A model generated the notes under the pieces. That model made no database searches, was not told the DNA's origin, and saw only the letters and a list, made by a program, of their open reading frames with translations. This document shows, one piece after another, positions 34,865 to 46,027 of a stretch of DNA of 64,000 nucleotides (position 1 is the first letter of the stretch; every line of letters begins with the position of its first letter). Location of the stretch: contig NC_068983.1 in assembly GCF_001194135.2 (NCBI RefSeq), forward strand, positions 122,651,257 through 122,715,256, read 5' to 3'. The translations under genes and the position numbers were made by a program. Source of the stretch: Octopus bimaculoides (Eukaryota).

Positions 34865-37800
34865 GTTCACATCTGTATACATACACACACACACACACAT
34901 GCAGTTTTCTAAATACAATATGAATATTCTTAATTTATAAGGTTGCTTATGAAGGTAGAGAGATTTTCACAATTGTTTTCAATTTGCTTTACCCTTTCAA
35001 AAGTAATTCCTCTTTTTAATTAGTTTGTAATATTATATTTTTCAGAGTGGAAAAATTATTTTAACTGTAGTTACAACTCTATCACAATTTTTAAATATTG
35101 TAATCATTACATTAGAATTTCTGAAATATCAATTTGTATTTATTTGCTAAAACAAAACTTTTTGCCATTTTCCTACATTGTTTCTTCTTTTATTTCTCAT
35201 TTTCAGCACTGTTTTTTCCTTTTAATTTTTTCTTTCAAGAGAGATTAAAGTTTGTTTTTGTTATTCTAAGTTTAATGGTAAATACATATGTTTTGGTAAA
35301 TAACCTTTTAGTGCTATGATCTTGTTTATTTCTTTTCAACTAGACCATGCCAATACTAAAGAGTAAAATAGTTTCCCAAAAGTCAAATATTGCTAAGTAG
35401 ATGTGGCAGCTTGAGTCTAGAAAACAAGTACAATGTGGGACACTTGCCACAATTGTTATCTGTATGACAACTACTGTCATAAAAATATAGTAACATATGT
35501 GAAGCAGCCCTCCAATAAATCTTCTCTTTCACTTTAAGAAAATACCATGGTTTTCTGTCTGACTTTGTTTAGCTATTTCTAAATGTCAATTTCATGTCAA
35601 GACCAATATTTTACAATAGTCCATTTGATCATTGAGATACATGCTTCTTTCTTTCTCTTGTGGTGAAAAGTATGTGTACTCTTAAAGAAAAGGCAGTGGA
35701 AATAAAATGTATATATATATATATCAAACAATAAGCAACACGGATTTCAAAAGTGATTGCAGTACGCACGTTTCATGCTACTTCAATTTATTTAAGTAAT
35801 GTGAGCATTACCTTAAATGCAATATGAAGAGCAATCTTCAGCTGCACGAAAAATGCAGAAAAAAGACATATTACAAATGTGGCAACATATTAAAACCAAA
35901 TGGGAGAGAGCATACATAAAATCCAAATGTGAGGAAGGATATATAAGTCCATCTTGACATAGCAGGGTCTATCAGGCTAGTAATTGATTCTAGACAAAAG
36001 TTTTAACTGTCTCAGAATTCTATTGTTTCTTATCTAGTGGTGATAGCAAAGGGACAATTACTTCTAAAGAGAGGGAAGGTGTAAGCAGTATGCATGGATA
36101 AGGCTATAAAAGTAATATATATATATATATATATATATATAACATAGGATTAACTGGAAATAATGTTTATAGAAATGAATTATAGTCAATGCTTTTACTA
36201 TTTTGTTTAATTTGATACATAAACTTGGACATTATACAGTTTTTTCTGCAATCATAAAATGAAGATTAGATATGGGGAAAATCTAAGGGTAAACATAGGC
36301 AAGAAATATCAAAATTACTGGCTTAATGTGTTCAAGTTATGTATGACAATGAGGAGCACGCGCGCGTGCACACACACACACACACACACACACACGTGTT
36401 TTAAGAAGCTCAGAGTAGCATAAGTAGATGTGCTGTTAACATAATCTCATCTATTTGGTTAATGGCTGATCCTTTGGGTATAAAATTCTTCTGATTTTGA
36501 AGCAAAGAAATACTCAATATCATTTTTAATTTCTTTGCAGTTGATAAACTCTTTTCCCTCAAAATAAGGCTGAAAACTTCCCTATTTAGTGTCATAATCT
36601 TCTCCTGAATGATTTAAGTATTTAGTTTTTCATTATCATGTAAGAGCAACATGCCTATAATGGCTACTTTTCCTGCAAAGTTTTGTATATTTCTTCAAAT
36701 TGATAAGAATATTCTTCACATTAATTGTTACATTTTGGTTTAATATGTCATGATAGATTACACCCTTTATATCCCACCAAGCACAGAGTATAACTTTTTC
36801 TTGGGTGTAGTCCTGGTCTAGGGATAGTTTCTTCTTTTTCAATGGGTGCTAAACATTGTCATTTTCCTTGGATATGATTATAGTGAGCCCACTTTTTATC
36901 ACTTATGATGATTCAATACAGGAAAGATTTAGTAACAAATCTACTCTTGAATGATGAACAGGAGGCAACACTTTGATTAAGCTGAGAAGCAGTCCAATAA
37001 TGTGAGACACACTGACCATGTTTAGACCTCTAGTTCATGAAAGTGTTTTATAATCAAAGTGTGACTTGAATTAAACTGTTTTGTTACATCCCATGGTTCA
37101 CAAGTTCATTATAGACAGAACTTGGTCATCCAGGTTGAGGGGAAACTATGAAAGAAAAGTTTTCCAAAACTGGCCAAACCATTGTTGGCAAGTCTGTATA
37201 CTTAAAGCTTCATTTCTATAAACAGGATAAATATTTTATGGCACTTCCATCGGCTAGGAGCTCTTTTTGAATTCATACAACATTGCTGTATCTGACATTG
37301 ATCTAATCTAAACTCATTTAAAAAAGGGAAACTAATACTAATTTAACCACTCTGGTATAAAATAATCTGCAAAGGAAGAAAAACATTAGAATGTAAAAAT
37401 TAATGCATATTCTACTGTAAGTATCAAAAAGATTATGTCATTAATGCAATAAGACTTTGTTTCCAATCTAAAACACACACACACATATTATGTATACACA
37501 CTATTGTTTATATGATGGCCTGTCTTATATATTGTGTTATTATTATTGCCGCATGCACGCACACACTGACACACAGTTGACTACCCTAAATAAACTTGCT
37601 CTTTATATGTATCTAACGCTTGTCTCTCTCTTTCCTTGCTGGTACTTCCTTGCATCTCCCATGCAAGCCCTCTTATATTATATCACATGTTTTGTAGTGA
37701 CCGTGCGACTTGTTAAAAGGAGCCTGTTCCCGTTCGTCACCATCTCCTTTGGTTCGCACAGTCATTCTCTACACAATAAATAGCAACAGGAGTGATATAG

Positions 37801-40383
37801 ATAATGAGACTGTAATTGATTGTACCAAGCCATAGAGGAATGGTAACAGTAGACCTGACAAAGGGAAACAATCCTGAAAAACTCCTTCATGGGCATTGAA
37901 AGGGGAAGTTGAACCACTAGAAGGAACAGTAAGAAAATGAACATTAGTAGGGGCATTGGAAATTATATGGAAATTAGGGAAAAAGGTTTAGAACAGCTCC
38001 CTAGAGAAGTCAACAATGCAATAATTAATAGAAATAGGCAAACTAGTTTTTGCAACTGTGCAAGAAATAAAATCTGTCCATTAGATTCTAAATGTAAAAC
38101 CAGGAACAGTGTCTACAGATTTAAAGTTACCTCAGAGGGTTGGGAATACTTTTATATTGGTGTTAGCTCTCTTTTTTTCAACTGAAGACTCACTAATCAC
38201 CTGAATTTGTTTAGGGATAGGGAAAAAATAAATAGTACATAGGCGTAGGAGTGGCTGTGTGGTAAGTAGCTTGCTTACCAACCACATGGTTCCGGATTCA
38301 GTCCCACTGCGTGGCACCTTGGGCAAGTGTCTTCTACTATAGCCTCGGGCCGACCAAAGCCTTGTGAGTGGATTTAGTAGATGGAAACTGAAAGAAGCCC
38401 GTCGTATATATGTATATATATATATATATNNNNNNNNNNNNNNNNNNNNNNNNNNNNNNNNNNNNNNNNNNNNNNNNNNNNNNNNNNNNNNNNNNNNNNN
38501 NNNNNNNNNNNNNNNNNNNNNNNNNNNNNNNNNNNNNNNNNNNNNNNNNNNNNNNNNNNNNNNNNNTATATATATATATATATATATATATATGCATGTA
38601 TGTATGTGTGTGTCTGTGTTTGTCCCTCCCAACATCGCTTGACAACCGATGCTGGTGTGTTTATGCCCCCGTAACTTAGCGGTTTGGCAAAAGAGACTGA
38701 TAGAATAAGTACTAGGCTTCCAAAGAATAAGTCCTGGGGTCGATTTGCTCGACTAAAGGTGGTGCTCCAGCATGGCCACAGTCAAATGACTGAAATAAGT
38801 AAAAGAGTAAAAGAGTACAAGCCTAAGTAAAGTAATTTGGTCATTTAAAGACAAAAGCAAGAGCTATTCGAGCGATTGGGAACTAATTAGTCCTGCTAAG
38901 CTGTATAGAATAGGAGGAAAGAGATGTAACATCTACGTAGAGGAGCTTTACCAAATGCTTACTTCAAAATACACATTAATAAACATCAGACAAGAACAAT
39001 CACTGAAATGTCTATACACATGCAAATAGACTTTTAAACAATATAAATGAATACATTACACAATGCATAATACTAATAAAGTAGGGAGCAATCCCCCCAA
39101 ATTTAATTTAAACAAATAAAAATACTTCTAGGCAAACACTGCACACTGAACAAAAGGTAGCACACACAACTTTAAGACATACTAAAAGCATTACAAAAAC
39201 AACAACCCCAACCTTGACCTATTTTAAGATCAAGCTCCAACCTCCGTCAACAACAGTGGTGAGCTCTAGGTCAGGTTCTTGTAACTATAAATAGCAATAC
39301 CCCTACCTTCTATGGAATACTAACTAATGAAAACTTTCAATCAGTTCACTTCAAAAAAGACCAAATGGACGGACTCTGATGAAACTGCACTGACAATATT
39401 GCAAGGCTGCATCAGCAACAATCTGCAGTCACAGCATTGGAAGCATGTGTTGGTCATTGTAATGTGCTGTATATAACTGTAAAATATAGATAGTAGATGT
39501 ACACGTCTCCTTATTCCATATTATTATTATTATTATTATTATTATACACTCTAAGGAACCTTTACAGTCCTGAGTAGGACACATGGAATTACCCGATGGG
39601 AGAATTCAACAGTGACTAACAAATCATTGTAGACACTGGCATTAGATACTGACTGTTGTGGTTAGGTGGCATCTGGAACCAAACAGAGAGCTAACACGGT
39701 ATCTGCTTGGATAATATATCCCCCCCCCCACACACACACACGGTTTCCATGGTAAACTTGACAGTTTGCATAAAAGGAAAAGAAAACAGTATTCCATTCA
39801 AAACTAAACTTTTTTAAAAAGTCAAAAAATATAACTAGATTATGGCTGGGAAATAACAGTTTACTCAAAGTAACCACCCTCAACTTCTATCATGGCCTCA
39901 AGATAGCTCTGCAATCAGACACATTAACTCCTCAATGTGATTCTGAAAAGATCTTCAAACATTTCCTTGATCAAGGCCCCCAGTTCAGCCTTGGTCTTGC
40001 AGGCAGAGTGAGTTGTGTCTTTTTCACCTACACCCCACACAGTAATCCATGGGATTACAAATTGGGGGAATTAAGAGGCTAGAAATTGGGGCCGGTGAAG
40101 TTGTAGAAAATCTCCAGCAATTACTTAAACAGTCAATGATGTAGCAAAAAACTGGTGAGGTGTGTATAAATTAGCTATTTGCAAAGGAGGCAGACTTCAT
40201 AGCAAATATTAATTTGCACATCCAACTTAACTTGGATGTTTTGTTTTGAATGCTGTAAGCTGCAATAATTGTTATGAGAAATCATTTCAGATAAATGTTG
40301 AATGCACATATTATATTGGCAGACATATATGTATATACACCGGTACACACAAGCATGCATGTAAACACACACACATGCGTGCG

Positions 40384-40422
<39 letters not shown>

Positions 40423-43400
40423 TGCAATATGTGTGAGATAAATGTTTGCAAAACCTTTGAGCATTGCAGCTGAGAAGGTTGGCAAAAATATGTAAGGTGA
40501 AGTCAATAAGCAAAAAGAAAAGATATATTATTATCTTTCATTGGTTGTTTAATGATCCTATATCCTTATCAAATAAAAGAGAGAAAAATCAGAATGAGAG
40601 AAATGTGTTGTTATTTGAAATATAATAGGATCAATAAAAAGAAACCTATGTAAGATAATACAATATCTTACATATTTTGCCCAACACCTGTCTTGCATTG
40701 CTGAAAGGATTTTTCAAATATTTATCTCATATATATGTATCTGTGCACGTGCGTGTGTGTGAGCACCATTGACCTTTTCGATCACCACTCAATACTCTTC
40801 TATATTTTGTCCCTTGAATCACTCACATATCTGTATATAACCCATAGCACTGTTACTCATGTTCCATTCATTAATACCTTTTTGTCACTTGCTTTCTGGG
40901 ATAATGGCCCTTTAATTAATCTCTCAATCACCTCTCCTTTGCTAAATTTTTTCTATCCTTGTTTTTCATGTAACTAAGGATGGTAGTAGATTTCTACTGT
41001 TTGTTGGGCATTGCTTCCACTCTGTGTAACTATGGATGCCAATGCACCTACTCTTACCCTTTTCCTACCACTCCTTTGTGATGCTCACTAGTACAGAACT
41101 CTACTTTCCATTCCCCATGCCATACATACCTCATCATCATAATCATCTAACATCCACCTTCCATGATGGCATGGGTTTAAGGGTTTGATAAGAGCTGGCC
41201 TGGCAGGAACCTGTTTTGCAAGGTTTTTACGGCTAGATGCCTTTCGTAATACCAACCACCTAGCAGAGTGGACTTAGTGCTTTTTACGTGGCAAAAGCAC
41301 AAGTGAGGTCAGTTTTGGCATGGTTTTTACAGCTGGATGCCCTTCCAAATGCCAACCACTTTACAGTGTAGACTGGATCAGCACTGGCAGGGTCACCAAG
41401 TAACTTGCGAGACAAAAATCCTTTGAGAAGGGAGGGGACATTGGAGGAGGTGATCTTGTATCAAATGATGAAAGGTTATGGTGAAACAGAAATAGGTGTC
41501 TTGCTGTAGAGGAGGTGCATGGTTACTCAGCCAGAGAGAGAGAGAGAGAGAGAGGACAGAAACAAGTGTACTGCTGTAAAGGAGATACAGCATGAGGGAA
41601 GAGCAAGAGGAGAGAGAGAGAGAGTGGAAGACAGTCAGAGTGCAAGAGAGAACAGGATAGAGATAGTGACAAAGTGCCAGGCATACTCACAAGGGCTGGG
41701 GATTAGAATATAAATGGGATGGTCAAGTAAAAGAAGGAGATAGATGGTGGCAAGTGCCAGGGCATACTCTTGAGGTATGGAGGTCATAATATAAGTGGCA
41801 GGATATTGCCAAAAAGCATGAGTAAAGAGTAGGGGAGGGGGATGTAGTGAGTGGTGAAAACCTGGGTACATAGTGGATAGCAGTGATACAGTGAACAAGG
41901 CTGTGGGGACAGGATTGGGAAGTGAGAAGTAAGCATGGTGCATGAAAGAGATGTGAGGAAGAGAAGAGATGTAGTTTAGTTTGTTGGGGTATGTGAAAAG
42001 TGTTCTTGTATGCGTGGGTGGAACACACAGCACTTCTAGATCTCAGTTTCGCTGACTTGGTCGGATCTTCTCAAGAACCTCATATTATCAGACATCTCAG
42101 TCCATTGTCATTTCCTCTGTGAGGCCCAACATCCTGAGATCAGTCTTTACCACTTCATCCCATGTCTTTCTAATACACAGTATTCCCATCACTCATCTCC
42201 CCTCATATCTCCCTCCAATCAACCATGCTTTTCACTTTGTAAAGAGGCTGTTGAGCAAGCAGATGTAGAGTTAATTTAATTGTACTGAAGACATGGTTAC
42301 TTCTCTGCTGCTGGTATCATGAGTAGTGCTGGTATCATGCATCCAGTACACACTGTAAAGTGTTAGGTTTGTGGGACTCTTTAGACTTGTTGAGGACATG
42401 ACATCTCTAGTGCTGGTGCAACAAAAAAGCAAAACAAAACATCCAGTTCACTCTGTAAAGTGGCTGATGTTAGGAAGGGCACCCAGCCATTGTAAGTGTG
42501 TGTGTATGTACTTGTAAGATCTTTCTTTTATTTGTTCCAGTCATTAGACTGTAGCCATACTGAGGCACCACCATAAAGAATTTAAGTCAAACAAATCAAC
42601 CCCAGGACTTATTATTATTTTGTAAACCCTAGTACTTATTCTATTGTTCTCTTTTGCTAGACTGCTAAGTTATGAGGATGTAAACACACCAACACCGGTT
42701 GTCAAGCAGTGGTGGGAGACAAACACATACACAAATCCATACACAAGGCTTTGGTCAGCCTGAGGCTGTAGTAGAGGATACTTGCCCAAGGTGCAGTGCA
42801 GTGCAGTGAGATTGAACTCAGAACCATATAGTTAGGAAGCAAACTTCTTACCATATAGCCACATTTGCACATATAACTTATAAAAACTTATCCCATTCAA
42901 GCTAACAGTTTATTTATCTATCTGTATTCATAGGAAAATGAAAGGAGTAACAAGTAAGGCTTTATATTTTAAATAACACCCAGTGTTATAAGTGGCTTAT
43001 GACATCAAGTACCAGGTCTCTGAAGAGTTTTCTTTCAGAAATTCATAGGAAAGAAAATGGAGGTGAGTAGGTTGAACTTAATTGTTTTGTTCAGAATTGC
43101 AATCTTGTGGCAAATGGCATGGGATTTTTGTCTTACAATAGCATTTGCAGAACCTTGGACCATCTCTAAGCAATAACACTCATTGCAGAAATGTTCATGT
43201 AATTATTGAACATTTCTTCATTTCTTGGCCTCCAAACATTTTGAGAATACCGTACTGTTTTGAAGGTACCATACTGTTTTTGTCAATTGTCTTTTGATGA
43301 ACAAAATAACATGGACTCAACTTTTAAATGTGCTTTCTACTACTGTTATTACAATCTATTCTTCTAAAAACAAAATATTTTTATATATAAGTTTGTGAAA

Positions 43401-44346
43401 AAATATTGCTAATGAATTATATTTTCCATTGCAGCACATTTATATTGCATTTCATTGTCATTCTTCAGACCCAGGTCATCCCTTGTTGAGCACACCTATG
43501 ACAATATTTCACTATAATCATCCTATCTTTTATTTATGGCATATTTAAGATGATAGGACATGTGAGATTGTGGCTTTGATTCCTGAACTAGGTGGTGTGT
43601 TGTATTCTTGAGCAAAACACTTGATTTCACATTGTTCCATGATCAATTCAACATCTGATGTGTGGCACACTGTTTAGCTGAATTGGCAATATTGATTTAA
43701 TGGAGAGCATGTGCTAATGTATAGCACAAACATTTATTTGATCACTATAAAAAAATCCTCTGGACAGGTTGTTCAGCAAGAAATGGCAGAACCCTCCTCT
43801 ATCATCTATGAAAGGAGAGCCCAAGATTTAAGGTGACAGGATATGATTTGAGAGAAATTTTGACTGTTATTTCTAGCATCTCATATGACTACATAAAGAC
43901 TCAGTTATTTTCATTTTCTCTTTAGTTCACTACTATATATCCCATCCTAAGAAAAAAGAATGTCCTTGTCAAAAAAATAATAAAAAATCACGTTTTGTAA
44001 TAACTGACTTCAATAGTTAATGAGATACCAGAACAGAGATTGAAACAATCAATCAAACCAGTAAAGTAAACAGACATTTAATTATTTGGTACTTGGATAT
44101 GTTGAATGTAGAGAATGTTGATTGCTGTTGAGAAAAATAATGACAAAAATATGAAGCAGACCTGTCTGTCTTTATAAAGAAAAATGAAATCAAAGGGAAA
44201 GAAGAGAATAATCAAAACTGATCAAATATTGGTTTCAAATTTTGGCACAAATCCAGTGCTTACTCACTTCAGGTCAGATATGACCAAGCAAATTTTGATA
44301 AAAAATATTAATTTTATATCCTTCTCATCACTTATTTCAAACACAG

Positions 44347-44385
<39 letters not shown>

Positions 44386-46027
44386 ATATATATATATATG
44401 TATATATGTATATATGTATATATGTAATTCAAAGGAATTCCAAATCTGTTTTTTATGTTTTATTTATATTCTTATAATATTAATGTAGGATGTAGAATAT
44501 ATAATATATTCAGTAAAATGAAATGAAGTATTGATTGTCATTGAATAAATGAAATATTGAATATTAAATATTAACTATTGAATATTAAGGGACTAGTATA
44601 TTCTCATGCATTTTAGCAGTCTTCAAGGTCTCATGCTGTAATATATATATATAACATTATATTATAATTTGAGTGAGATTTGCATGTTATTTTTGGCAGT
44701 TAAAGTGACCATATATAGATTTCTCCATCTACATGTTTACTGTGTGATTTTCATAGGTGTGGAGTGTTGATAGGTGATGAAATATACTTAGTAAGTAGCA
44801 AACAATGGTGCTATCTAACCAAAACTAATGAATGAATCAACCATCCAATGTTCATGGATTTACTTTAGAATTTATTCAAATAATAAGACTGAGTTAAACT
44901 CGTTGATACATTATGTTATATCTTCTACATATTGGGATCTTTTCTGGGAATGACAGGTGTACCATACTTGTAATAAATAAGAAAATGGTGAAGTCACAAA
45001 GTTAGTTAACAATGAGTTAAAATCAGTGAAGGGATATTGAGATCTGTCACAGGATTATGAATTGAAACAAGAAAATATACAGCTGAAAATAATACAAGGG
45101 ACAGAACAAGGTCTTAGAAATGAAATGAACAGATGAAAATGAATATAGAATTATTCTGAAGCCTTCTTTCAATGGCTGACATATGAATATGATGAAAGGA
45201 TTAATAATATTATAGGACGTGTAATTGAAAGATTATGCAAAAAATTGTTGGATATGTAGTTACAGATGTTCTGGCAGTTAAAGTGACTGTATATGGGCCT
45301 CTCCATCTACATATTTACTTACCTTTATAAAAGAAATAATGGCACAAAATGCTTAACCAGAGTTTGAGTGGTACAGGTTGTGATTCTCTGTAATGTCTTG
45401 CTGGCCACTTTTTAAAATCCATTTTTTAAGGGTATTTAACTGATTTTCTAAGTTGTTTCCACAGCTATTAAACTTTCAAGATTTACTTCAGATGAAAGAG
45501 CTCTATGAGAAGAATCTAATAGGGGAAATCTTGTAAAAAAAATATAAGCTATAAAAAAAGTTGTGATGAAAAAAAAAGGCAATCATTTTTAGAAATCAAA
45601 ATATTTTTCTCTTTTTAAGAGGAAAATACTATTTGAATGCAAATAAAAGAGTTTATCAAGATGAATATTTTGGAGAAAAGCCTGTCTAAAAGCATAAAAG
45701 ATTTATGATTTTTTGTGATGTTATATTTGTTTTTATTATTCTGTTCATGTATTAAAATATGTACTTATTAAAAACATATTAAAATAAAAAACTTCACTCA
45801 TTAAAAAAAAATTAATTATTAATTATTTAATTAGGATATAACATTATTTTAAAATAAAAACTGTTTAAAAATATATTTATTTGTAACAGATATGCTGCAG
45901 TTAATCCTTTGTTACCTTCAGGTGCTTTCAATAATATTTGTATTTTAAAAAATATTGAGAAGAGTATCATTTTTTCAATTAGGTATAATTAATTATAATA
46001 ATAGAATCATTGCCTGGACAAAAGTAG
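11303..46027 (+). CDS. Candidate micro-exon gene of unknown product, about 125-135 aa
   Basis: Phase-consistent GT-AG exon chain: 11303-11380, 16196-16220, 35344-35362, 40629-40649, 42934-42953, 43039-43062, 43926-43996, 45465-45532, 45890-45921, with the last exon starting at 45983 or 46005. It gives MNYILKGYLSPPKCGCCVRILRYSAEVNIAVQNDHHANTKEINKKKPMKMKGVTKIHRKENGVHYYISHPKKKECPCQKNNKKSRFLLNFQDLLQMKELYEKNLIGEILYAAVNPLLPS... Exons were picked by eye, no homologue was recognised, and exons may be missing in gaps. Confidence 0.4.
11947..12366. mobile_element. Foldback MITE-like element with about 50-bp TIRs and internal inverted telomere-like repeats
   Basis: TIR ggcgatcttacggtacgagtccYaaatatcggccttttccgtaaaaagtgt at 11947-11997 and, reversed, at 12316-12366. 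Interior reads degenerate (GGGTTA)n, a hairpin, then (TAACCC)n. Confidence 0.75.
13992..14062 (-). pseudogene. Inactivated hammerhead copy
   Basis: Paralogue of 14381-14468 with core CUGAGUA and a 7-nt deletion removing the GUC cleavage triplet. Confidence 0.7.
14381..14468 (-). ncRNA. Type I hammerhead ribozyme (intact core)
   Basis: Minus strand reads auggua-aaucuag CUGAGGA gaacu...aguuu GAAAC cuaa GUC / cuagauu-auccau. Stem I has 7 bp plus 4 bp, stem II is gaacu/aguuu, stem III is short. Predicted cleavage between 14394 and 14393. Confidence 0.85.
16291..16673 (+). mobile_element. Probable 5' LTR of the downstream Gypsy element (runs into a gap)
   Basis: Abrupt start at TGTGACG and purine-rich with an internal roughly 42-bp duplication (16541-16625). 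Lies directly upstream of the gag leader across the gap. No second LTR is visible. Confidence 0.5.
17199..21290 (+). mobile_element. Degenerate Ty3/Gypsy LTR retrotransposon internal region (gag, protease, RT, RNase H, integrase)
   Basis: gag LWFTQLDAYF (from about 17563), protease FMVDTRSSFSIWP...PILGTDFL, RT PSTSSWASPLHL...GDYRRLNA...FSKVDLIRAYHQIP...YVDN, RNase H YSTFDRELLAIYL...TDHKPL...ENVPADILSR, integrase H..SHPG...CVKCQ and TTDRGCQFE. Multiple stops and frameshifts. Confidence 0.93.
21290..22300 (-). mobile_element. RTE LINE fragment truncating the Gypsy element and itself interrupted by a SINE
   Basis: Minus-strand GTCGRGRPRKTWDKVVKHDL and KCQVGKLEVVNSFHYL, homologous to 2700-3697. 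Confidence 0.8.
21593..21815 (-). mobile_element. tRNA-derived SINE (family B)
   Basis: Head ggtgagctggcagaaacg...gagttcaaattc (A/B-box-like). Same family as 57649 and 61997. Confidence 0.85.
23100..24050 (-). pseudogene. Heavily decayed piggyBac-like transposase remnant
   Basis: Fragments TGEQLNIDF and SMHGMDQATDNFRFDSRS resemble the piggyBac GE.L.IDE and MGGVD..DQ...Y...R.S motifs. Many stops; recognised from memory. Confidence 0.4.
24169..25173 (-). CDS. Open L1/Tx1-type ORF1-like protein (RRM-like region, Zn knuckle, charged tail), 334 aa; copy A
   Basis: TRGKKYSTVEVRFANE, ARVKFGRVPPEI and VVMEGKPPICYQCGVRGDMKAKC (CCHC with H to D). No ORF2 is adjacent. Confidence 0.75.
   Translation of the reverse strand: MTPPQDTTANVTKQTVVYRTLSTAMKIEIATVETLRECLREVKNLTTFYTRGKKYSTVEVRFANEQDAINHSTVVLRSSEWVLLPTYCGKRVARVKFGRVPPEIDGVWLVADILYNMEEVKVLKVTRTTKVNCWGYGLEVAVQVSLQDFHKIAGEVVLPEEVRLRVVMEGKPPICYQCGVRGDMKAKCPQKHEEDVMEQEQQGEEKEQNVEEQNPGCEKNTENVQEQFMVVKRKKKREGNMDSPPKSPLKKGKENAKEAQCERSATPRETSAEEKVKLLKRKKKRREMPAASFEKATEKKEVPILVTSEKTNNGRQEGLQKGKHMEYDKIFKKC
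26398..26450 (-). ncRNA. Minimal type I hammerhead ribozyme
   Basis: agc-uaca-ccaga CUGAUGA u-gag-caauga-cuc-u GAAAC ua GUC / ucugg-au-gcu. Stem I has a perfect 5 bp plus 3 bp, and stem III is the palindrome ACUAGU. Confidence 0.75.
27380..29235 (-). mobile_element. ORF1-only L1/Tx1-like unit B (frameshifted ORF1 plus long 3' UTR)
   Basis: ORF1 at about 29174-28250 with FFTRGKIYASIVVTF, KLWGYGLE and CYESGERGHLRKRC. The 3' UTR has gaaaccgtga sub-repeats and an AATAAA-bearing end near 27590. Confidence 0.7.
29236..30400 (-). mobile_element. Internally deleted ORF1-only unit D (mirror copy at about 26770-27427, plus strand)
   Basis: 5' UTR (cttcgctgcgg...), ORF1 N-terminal part (SVEIIFVSEEAARKY) and a 3' UTR ending gtaataaagaaatc at about 29238. 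Confidence 0.65.
30718..30770 (+). ncRNA. Minimal type I hammerhead ribozyme (mirror of 26398-26450)
   Basis: Same fold, with one G-U pair in stem I (ccaga/uuugg). Predicted cleavage after 30760. Confidence 0.75.
31000..32582 (+). mobile_element. ORF1-only L1/Tx1-like unit C (mirror, deleted copy at 25768-26130)
   Basis: ORF 31083-31484 (FFTRGRKYVTIVVTFVSEEEA), then frameshifted KCWGYG and CYGCGEEGHLRRKC. The 3' UTR ends gtgataaaaaatc near 32580. Confidence 0.7.
33857..34230 (+). pseudogene. Inverted near-identical partial copy of ORF1-A
   Basis: Matches the reverse complement of about 24620-24990. It has CAG to TAG at 34198-34200 and is cut by an RTE at about 34232. Confidence 0.85.
34236..34822 (+). 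mobile_element. Internally deleted RTE LINE (RT core plus 3' end)
   Basis: GVHQGSVLSPLLF...LLYADDLALIA...VNLAKTKV, then a jump to the RTE 3' terminus and a (GAT)n tail. Confidence 0.9.
34823..34900. repeat. (CA)n microsatellite
   Basis: Visible directly. Other (TA)n, (CA)n and (GA)n tracts lie at about 6175, 6285, 15118, 36105, 36360, 40380, 44350, 48440 and 54030. Confidence 0.95.
35758..35846 (-). ncRNA. Type I hammerhead ribozyme with long stem II
   Basis: ugcag CUGAAGA u-ugcucuuca...auuuaagguaaug-cuca-cauuacuuaaau...ugaaguagca-u GAAAC gugc GUA / cugca. Predicted cleavage between 35763 and 35762. Confidence 0.75.
36410..37100 (-). pseudogene. Mariner transposase remnant
   Basis: Frameshifted motifs IISDKKWAHY (cf. 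ITGDEKW), KVILCAWWDIKGVIY, LLHDN and EYFFASKSEEFY. Confidence 0.8.
37790..39480 (+). mobile_element. Penelope-like element 3' remnant (GIY-YIG endonuclease), split by a SINE
   Basis: CNCARNKICPLDSKCKTRNSVYRFKVTSEGWEYFYIG (37937-38185) and, after the SINE, WELISPAKLYRIGGKRCNIYVEE. A decayed hammerhead-like motif lies at 39372-39455. Confidence 0.7.
38222..38818 (+). mobile_element. tRNA-derived CORE-like SINE (family C) with internal (TA)n
   Basis: Head ggagtggctgtgtggtaag...ggattcagtccc and CORE-like gtggcaccttgggcaagt. Other copies at 56638-57020, 42545-42870 and 59600-59780. Confidence 0.8.
41130..41480 (-). mobile_element. RTE-type 3' end fragment
   Basis: (ATC)n tail on the plus strand followed by the reverse complement of the RTE terminal motifs (gctggatgcccttcc, cactttacagtg). 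Confidence 0.6.
42545..42870 (-). mobile_element. Family C SINE, degraded
   Basis: Reverse-complement homology to 38222-38818. Confidence 0.65.

Noticed and set aside
43440-43475. Minus-strand CUGAAGA...GAAA
   Set aside because: Stem I arms do not pair and stem II has only 2 bp.
45322-45440. Perfect minus-strand donor AAG|GTAAGT with ORF MDFKKWPARHY...
   Set aside because: No convincing exon chain, and it lies antisense just upstream of the better-supported plus-strand exon at 45465.
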